Positions 35,706 to 40,894 of a DNA stretch of 40,894 nucleotides are shown one piece after another (the stretch's first letter is position 1; every line of letters starts with the position of its first letter). The DNA is from Actinomycetes bacterium. GTDB lineage: Bacteria; Actinomycetota; Acidimicrobiia; Acidimicrobiales; JAJYPT01. The notes beneath the pieces are model-generated. The model saw only the letters and a list, made by a program, of their open reading frames with translations, ran no database searches and was not told the DNA's origin. The stretch covers positions 1-40,894 of the forward strand of contig JAJYPT010000001.1 of assembly GCA_021795135.1 (NCBI GenBank), in the 5' to 3' direction. The translations under genes and the position numbers were made by a program.

Positions 35706-36713
35706 TCATCCCGCAGAAGAAGATGACCCTGAGGAGCTAGGAGCTTGAGAAGAAGTTGGAGTCTTGGGGGGAACAACACCAAAAGAATTAGGAGGAGAAT
35801 TTACAAACTTGCCAAATCGAGGATTTACTTTAATCTTAGATGCTTTCAAAAAGCTAGAAAATTTATTTGCTTTTTGTGATTTCAAATAACTTATAACCTT
35901 AGACATCGATTGAGCAAGGCTTTGAGGAGTCCTTTTTGTAACTTCAATTAAATGCCAACCAAATTGGCTATGAACAGGTTGACTGATTTTGTTGACAGGT
36001 AGATGGTCTACTGCTTTTTGAAATGGAGTCACATATTGAGGTCCAGCTTTACATCCTAAAGATCCACCTAGTTTGGCACTACCTGTATCTATAGAATTAG
36101 CTTTTGCCACAGCAGAGAAATGAGCTCCACTAAGTATTTGTTTTCTAAGTTGTAAAGCTTTAGATTTTGTTTTTACTAAAATATGCCTTACACAGCTATT
36201 GGCAAACATAGCTTGGTGTTGTGAATAATAAGTTGAAGCTTGAGTTTTAGATACAGAACTAACATAGTTTTCTAAGGCCAACAAATTTGCTTCATTATTT
36301 ACAAGAGTTTGTTGGTATGAAACTGGAAAAGCATGAAAAATTGCAGCATTGCCGACTTGAGAAGTTACCTGACCAACAGCTTTAGTTTTATCTTGGGATG
36401 TAACTGCTATATGATGAGTCTTCAAATATTGGCTTATTAAACTCCAATAAATTTCTCTTGTCAAAACTTGGGCTACAAATCCATTATTGTATGACTTTTT
36501 GCCAATTCCAGATATTATTACCTTCATTGATTGAAGATGACTGACATATGCTTTGTTGTTCTTCATATCTGAAAGTTCTTGATAAAGAGCACTACGAGAA
36601 ATAGTCTGCCCATTTACTTGAGCAGCATAAGAAGGAGCTGCGACTGTAGAAGAACAACTTGTGAGGATCAATGACAAAACAACTATAAGTTTAAAAGGTG
36701 AAAACTTTTTCAT
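35706..36713 (-). CDS. Lipoprotein peptidyl-prolyl isomerase (SurA-N-like plus PpiC/parvulin domain, PrsA-like)
   Basis: Signal peptide with lipobox LILTS-C. Parvulin core VRHILV...FSAVAKANSID...GGSLG...FGWHLIEV. Ser/Pro-rich C-terminal tail. Confidence 0.8.
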   Translation of the reverse strand: MKKFSPFKLIVVLSLILTSCSSTVAAPSYAAQVNGQTISRSALYQELSDMKNNKAYVSHLQSMKVIISGIGKKSYNNGFVAQVLTREIYWSLISQYLKTHHIAVTSQDKTKAVGQVTSQVGNAAIFHAFPVSYQQTLVNNEANLLALENYVSSVSKTQASTYYSQHQAMFANSCVRHILVKTKSKALQLRKQILSGAHFSAVAKANSIDTGSAKLGGSLGCKAGPQYVTPFQKAVDHLPVNKISQPVHSQFGWHLIEVTKRTPQSLAQSMSKVISYLKSQKANKFSSFLKASKIKVNPRFGKFVNSPPNSFGVVPPKTPTSSQAPSSSGSSSSAG

Positions 36714-36726
36714 TAGAAAAAAAATG

Positions 36727-39357
36727 CTAGCTCCTTATGAGGCTCTTGAAAAGATCGGGTTCAATTGAATCAGACACTTTAGGAAAAATATCTACTATAA
36801 CTTTAGTAAGTTCTTTTACTATATCTGCTTTCAAATCTGTTTCTATTATTAATTGCGATTGGTCTTGTTTATATAAAGCTCTAGGATACATCCTTTTGAG
36901 TTTTATTTCCATGCTAGCTTTTAGCCTAACAGGACTTAGCCTTGCTATGTACTTAGCTCCAGATCCAACTTTAATATTTGAAGTTGTTACATTTAATTCT
37001 TCTATTCCAGCCATAACACACAATGATCTAAGTTTTGCTACCTGAAGAAGCGTCTGAGCAGGTGGGGGGATGGGACCAAAGCGATCTAACCATTCTTTTC
37101 GTATATCTTCTACCATAGATAGATCAGATACTGTAGCTAATCGTTTGTATGCCTCTAATCGAACGTCTTCTCTTTCTATAAATTGAGGAGGCAAAAAAGC
37201 ATCTAGGGGAATCTCCACTTTGACTTCTGTAGGAGGTATGACTTTTTCACCCTTTAGCTCAGAAACCGCCTCACTTATCATTTGCACATACAAATCATAA
37301 CCTACTGCAGCAATATGGCCTGATTGATCGCCTCCAAGTAAGTTGCCAGCACCCCTCATTTCTAGATCCCTCATAGCTATTTTGAATCCTGAACCTAATT
37401 CAGTGTTTTCTCCAATAGTTTTTAATCTCTCATAAGATTGTTCGGATAAAGATTTATCAGGTGGAAAAAGCAAATACGCATAAGCTCTTTGTCCAGCTCG
37501 TCCCACTCTTCCTCTAAGTTGATGCAACTGCCCAAGACCCAACATATCTGCTCTGTCGACAACTAAAGTATTTACACTAGACATATCTATTCCAGTTTCT
37601 ATGATTGTCGTACAGACTAAAACGTCATATTCTCCTTGCCAAAAATCCATAACAACTTTTTCAAGTTTTTTTTCTTCCATCTGGCCATGAGCTACTGCTA
37701 TTCGAGCTTCTTTGACTAAATTTTTTAACTTAGCAGCAACTTGTTCTATATCAGATACGCGATTGTGAACAAAAAAAACTTGACCTTCTCTAAGAAGTTC
37801 TCTTCTAATTGCTTCTGCTACGGTTTGTTCTTCATATTCGCCTACATAAGTAAGAATTGGTTGGCGTTCAGCAGGAGGGGTATTTAACAAACTTAAATCT
37901 CGTATGCCGGTTAAACTCATTTCTAAAGTTCGTGGAATCGGTGTTGCTGCAAGAGTAAGAACATCTACGTTTTCTCTCAAAGCTTTAATTGCTTCTTTAT
38001 GCAAAACTCCAAATCTTTGTTCTTCATCAACAACTAATAAACCTAAATCTTTAAATTTTACTCCAGAACTCAATAGCCGGTGCGTTCCAATAACTACATC
38101 TACATCTCCACTTTCTAGTCCTTGTATGACCTCTCGAGCAGAAGACGCGCTTAAAAAGCGGGACAAAACTTCTACTTTGATTGGGAAAGTAGAAAAACGT
38201 TCGGAAAAAGTTTGAAAATGTTGGTGAGCCAAAAGAGTTGTGGGTGCCAATACTGCGACTTGTTTACCATCTTGTACAGCTTTAAAAGCAGCTCTTATGG
38301 CTATTTCGGTTTTGCCAAATCCAACATCTCCCAAGATAAGACGATCCATTGGTTCGACTTGTTCCATATCTTGTTTGACTGATTCGATAGCAGTTTTTTG
38401 ATCAGGAGTTTCTTCAAAAGCAAAGAGATCTTCCATCTCGTATTGCCAAGGAGTATCTGGGGAAAATGCATGTCCTTGGGCTTGAGAACGCCGACGATAC
38501 AAACTCACAAGCTCGTCAGCAATTTTTGAAACAGCATCTCTGACTTTAGCCTTTGCCTTTTGCCAATCTGCTCCGCCCAATCTATGTACAGCTGGAATAT
38601 CTCCACCTAGATAAGGAGTGATAGAATCCATTTGATCAGAAGGAACATATAACTTATCGCCCCCTCTGTATTCAAGTAGCAGATAATCTCGTTCAGATCC
38701 ACCTATGTCTCTTCTTACCATCCCTGCAAATTTACCTACCCCATGATGGCTATGGACAACATAGCTACCTACTCTAAGATCATCAAAAGAAGCACTATCT
38801 TTTACTTTACGAGCTCTAGGAGGTCGATAAAAACGCTGCCTTCCAGATAGGTCTGAGTCGCAAAGAACTGCTATTTTTACAGATGGTAAAATGAAACCTT
38901 TGCTTAGCCAACACGTCAAGATAGTAATACCTTTGGTAGGTTTGGCTAAATTTATGTTCTCGAAATTATCTATAGGTCCTTGAACTTTAATTTGATGTTT
39001 TGAAAACAAATTATATAAATGATTACTAGATCTAGGAGTATTTCCACAAGCTATTACCGTAAAGCCTTTAGAAATTAAATCTTTTACTTGGTCAATAAGT
39101 TTTTCTCCGTCAACCCCAGGGGTCTGCCATGTTGAAAACTTGATATGGGGTGTTTTTTCGGAATTTACATTTTGCAAAACAGAAATAATTGGAACTTTTA
39201 CTTTAGATAAAAGTCGATCAAAAGGTAAATGGAGTCTAGGAAATGAAAAATCTTCTTCTTTGTCTTCTAGTCCCCAAGTAATTGCTAAAGCATTGGCTAA
39301 AGATTCTTCTTCTGCTAAAAGATCTTTAGCCCTATCTTTAATTTTTTTCGGTTCCAA
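36727..39357 (-). CDS. mfd: Transcription-repair coupling factor Mfd, C-terminal 876-codon segment (RID/CarD-like domain, SF2 translocase, TRG, D7)
   Basis: FDDLRVGSYVVHSHHGVGKF (RNAP-interaction domain), GDVGFGKTEIA (Walker A), VVDEEQRFG, LTLAATPIPRT and RGRVGR. The ORF-track start is an in-frame TTG, not a real initiation site. See the frameshift finding. Confidence 0.93.
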   Translation of the reverse strand: MEPKKIKDRAKDLLAEEESLANALAITWGLEDKEEDFSFPRLHLPFDRLLSKVKVPIISVLQNVNSEKTPHIKFSTWQTPGVDGEKLIDQVKDLISKGFTVIACGNTPRSSNHLYNLFSKHQIKVQGPIDNFENINLAKPTKGITILTCWLSKGFILPSVKIAVLCDSDLSGRQRFYRPPRARKVKDSASFDDLRVGSYVVHSHHGVGKFAGMVRRDIGGSERDYLLLEYRGGDKLYVPSDQMDSITPYLGGDIPAVHRLGGADWQKAKAKVRDAVSKIADELVSLYRRRSQAQGHAFSPDTPWQYEMEDLFAFEETPDQKTAIESVKQDMEQVEPMDRLILGDVGFGKTEIAIRAAFKAVQDGKQVAVLAPTTLLAHQHFQTFSERFSTFPIKVEVLSRFLSASSAREVIQGLESGDVDVVIGTHRLLSSGVKFKDLGLLVVDEEQRFGVLHKEAIKALRENVDVLTLAATPIPRTLEMSLTGIRDLSLLNTPPAERQPILTYVGEYEEQTVAEAIRRELLREGQVFFVHNRVSDIEQVAAKLKNLVKEARIAVAHGQMEEKKLEKVVMDFWQGEYDVLVCTTIIETGIDMSSVNTLVVDRADMLGLGQLHQLRGRVGRAGQRAYAYLLFPPDKSLSEQSYERLKTIGENTELGSGFKIAMRDLEMRGAGNLLGGDQSGHIAAVGYDLYVQMISEAVSELKGEKVIPPTEVKVEIPLDAFLPPQFIEREDVRLEAYKRLATVSDLSMVEDIRKEWLDRFGPIPPPAQTLLQVAKLRSLCVMAGIEELNVTTSNIKVGSGAKYIARLSPVRLKASMEIKLKRMYPRALYKQDQSQLIIETDLKADIVKELTKVIVDIFPKVSDSIEPDLFKSLIRS

Positions 39358-40244
39358 AAGAAAACTTGACCATCTTTACCGATAAAATCTAAAAGCAAAG
39401 ATTCATCTTTTGCCAGCCAAGGCATCAAAGATTCCATGCCTTCGAAAAATTGTCCTTGAGACAATCGTTCCCAACGGTCTCGAGCCCATGGTTCTGATTC
39501 AATCAGAACTTGAGCTTTTTCCCTGATCTTGTCATTTGGTAATATTTCCCTACAAGGATAAAGATATATCTGTTCAATGTCTCGAATAGAACGCTGTTCA
39601 TCAGGGGTAAAAATAGTTAAACGTTCTACTTCGTCTCCCCATAGATCTATTCTTATAGGATCAGTCTCAGTAGATGGGAAAACATCTACTATATTGCCTC
39701 TAACAGAAACTTCTCCTTTGTTTTCTACTTGATATTCTCGCCGATAACCAAACTCGATCAGTGACTGGACTAAACTATGTTGATCTAGAATGTCTCCTTT
39801 TTTTATTTTGATAGGAGATATTTGCCAAGTGGGCGATAGACGCTGTAAAAAAGCTTTTATAGAGCCAACCACAACAAGAGAAGCATCCAACGATTGTGAA
39901 ATATTTTGAACTTTAGAAATAACTTCTAATCTCTCACCCATTGTGGAAGCACTAGGACTCAATCTTTCAAAAGGTAACGTCTCCCAAGCAGGAAAAAGCA
40001 CTACCTCTTGAGATAAAAATCCTTTTAAGTCTTCAAATAAAGATTCTGCTTCTTTAGAAGTAGCTGCAACTACCACCAAGGGAGTTCTGCCTACTGATTT
40101 TGCCAAAGAAGAGATGAAAAAAGCCCTACCTAGTTCTGAAACTGCTATCACGTTAGATGATAAATCTACTATCCGTGCAAAATTAGGATCTTCATCAAAA
40201 GAGTTTAAAAGTGAGCTCAAAGGAGCTTTGCTGGCTTCTTCCAT
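39315..40244 (-). CDS. mfd: Mfd, N-terminal 309-codon segment (UvrB-homology module D1a/D2/D1b)
   Basis: ATG 40244. Sequence character of the Mfd N-terminus (PLVVVAATSKEAESLFEDLKGF...FPAWETLPFERLSP...VERGEFSVRG-like GEVSVRGNIVDVFP). Terminates at TAG 39315 after leaving the Mfd frame at an A7 run. Confidence 0.9.
   Translation of the reverse strand: MEEASKAPLSSLLNSFDEDPNFARIVDLSSNVIAVSELGRAFFISSLAKSVGRTPLVVVAATSKEAESLFEDLKGFLSQEVVLFPAWETLPFERLSPSASTMGERLEVISKVQNISQSLDASLVVVGSIKAFLQRLSPTWQISPIKIKKGDILDQHSLVQSLIEFGYRREYQVENKGEVSVRGNIVDVFPSTETDPIRIDLWGDEVERLTIFTPDEQRSIRDIEQIYLYPCREILPNDKIREKAQVLIESEPWARDRWERLSQGQFFEGMESLMPWLAKDESLLLDFIGKDGQVFFWNRKKLKIGLKIF
39342..39348 (-). other. A7 homopolymer at the mfd frame junction (A AAA AAA in the upstream frame)
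   Basis: The minus strand reads TGG AAC CGA AAA AAA TTA in the N-terminal frame and CCG AAA AAA ATT AAA GAT in the C-terminal frame. Confidence 0.9.
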
Positions 40245-40289
40245 AATTCACATCCCACCATCGACAAAAACAAGTTCATGTTTCACTTG

Positions 40290-40853
40290 TCAATTTGTAT
40301 TAAAAATATTCATAGCAGCAGGTAAACCCTGTTCTAAAATCATTTCAATTGCTGAGACTACTTTTGGCTTGACTTGTTCTAAAAGCAAACGCTGCTGTCC
40401 TCTAGGAGGCTGCAAGACATATTTAGCTATATCGCTTTCTCCCTCAGGACGACCAATTCCTATTCGCAAACGAGTAAAGCTTAGGTCTTTTAGATGTTCA
40501 CCTATGGACTTTAAGCCATTGTGGCCTGCAGTACCGCCACCTTGTTTAATTTTTAATCTACCTACTGGTAGATCGAGCTCATCATGAATCACAACTAAAT
40601 GCTGCAAATCTTTTATCCCAACATTAGATACTAAGCGTTTGACTGAACGTCCAGATTCATTCATATAAGTTTGGGGGAAAGCTAAAAACAAGGAGAACTG
40701 CCCTAGCTGAGCTTGGGCAACTAGGGCTTGATATTTTACAGATTTTCTAAGGCGAACTCCAGTTGTTTGAGCTAAAAATTTAACGCAATCAGAACCAGCA
40801 TTGTGCCGAGTAAAAGCATATTTTACTCCTGGGTTTCCCAACCCAACCACCAA
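40290..40853 (-). CDS. pth: Peptidyl-tRNA hydrolase
   Basis: VVGLGNPGVKYAFTRHNAG, VIHDELDLPVGRLKIKQGGGTAGHNGLKSI. Start is TTG 40853 or GTG 40850. Confidence 0.93.
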   Translation of the reverse strand: MVVGLGNPGVKYAFTRHNAGSDCVKFLAQTTGVRLRKSVKYQALVAQAQLGQFSLFLAFPQTYMNESGRSVKRLVSNVGIKDLQHLVVIHDELDLPVGRLKIKQGGGTAGHNGLKSIGEHLKDLSFTRLRIGIGRPEGESDIAKYVLQPPRGQQRLLLEQVKPKVVSAIEMILEQGLPAAMNIFNTN

Positions 40854-40894
40854 TAGATCAGTCGATTTGTTCTCCTAATTGGCTAGCTGTTGGA

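Noticed and set aside
40114-40587. 157-aa plus-strand ORF spanning the mfd 5' end, the intergenic gap and pth. Similar long antisense ORFs occur at 33941-34378, 14792-15148, 15379-15717, 13993-14319, 9610-9912, 7754-8056, 2097-2411 and elsewhere.
   Set aside because: All lie antisense to genes with unmistakable family motifs. Their translations are low-complexity (Ser/Leu/Lys/Phe-rich) with no recognisable domains or Shine-Dalgarno sequences. They are shadow ORFs of the real minus-strand genes.
40858-40894. Open minus-strand frame (…PTASQLGEQID, stop TGA at 40860-40858) running off the right edge. It is possibly the 3' end of the gene upstream of pth (rplY/ctc in many genomes).
   Set aside because: Only 12 codons are visible. 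Identity cannot be supported from the sequence, so it is not reported as a feature.

Overview
AT-rich (GC not computed exactly), very gene-dense chromosomal segment: 37 protein-coding genes (32 on the minus strand, many joined by ATGA-type stop/start overlaps) and one tRNA-Leu(UAA). I found no rRNA, CRISPR array, transposase, integrase, phage gene or recognisable defence system. The right third (about 30.3-40.9 kb) is housekeeping with Actinomycetota-like synteny: pth, mfd, PpiC-type lipoprotein, mazG, eno, ftsB/divIC, DUF501, ppx, GNAT, tRNA-Leu. The YabN-type MazG fusion is more Firmicute-like. The middle holds ileS preceded by pabB-pabC. The rest is accessory-looking. (1) 0.7-5.7 kb: a B. 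subtilis ycsFGI-kipIA-like 5-oxoprolinase/lactam cluster (pxpA, pxpC, pxpB, DUF1445) led by a purine-cytosine-permease-like transporter with a Cys/His-rich tail. (2) 6.1-10.8 kb: a translationally coupled mcp-cheY-cheB-cheR-cheX operon with no CheA or CheW. (3) 11.9-19.0 kb: a seven-gene coupled operon of a PoxB-like TPP enzyme, a small membrane protein, a gluconate-2-dehydrogenase-subunit-3-like protein, a GMC flavoprotein, an enolase-superfamily enzyme, a tail-anchored SDR and another small membrane protein. It has no cytochrome subunit and no Tat signal. (4) 24.3-27.3 kb: DUF2249, a 12-TM His-rich membrane protein and DUF59, with a convergent, 3'-overlapping Cys-containing wHTH regulator. 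(5) a PAS-GGDEF-EAL protein. mfd is split into two ORFs by a single -1 frame break located exactly on an A AAA AAA heptamer. The best candidates for an undescribed system are clusters 3 and 4 and the kinase-less Che module. All functional interpretations are inference from motifs read by eye; no searches were run.
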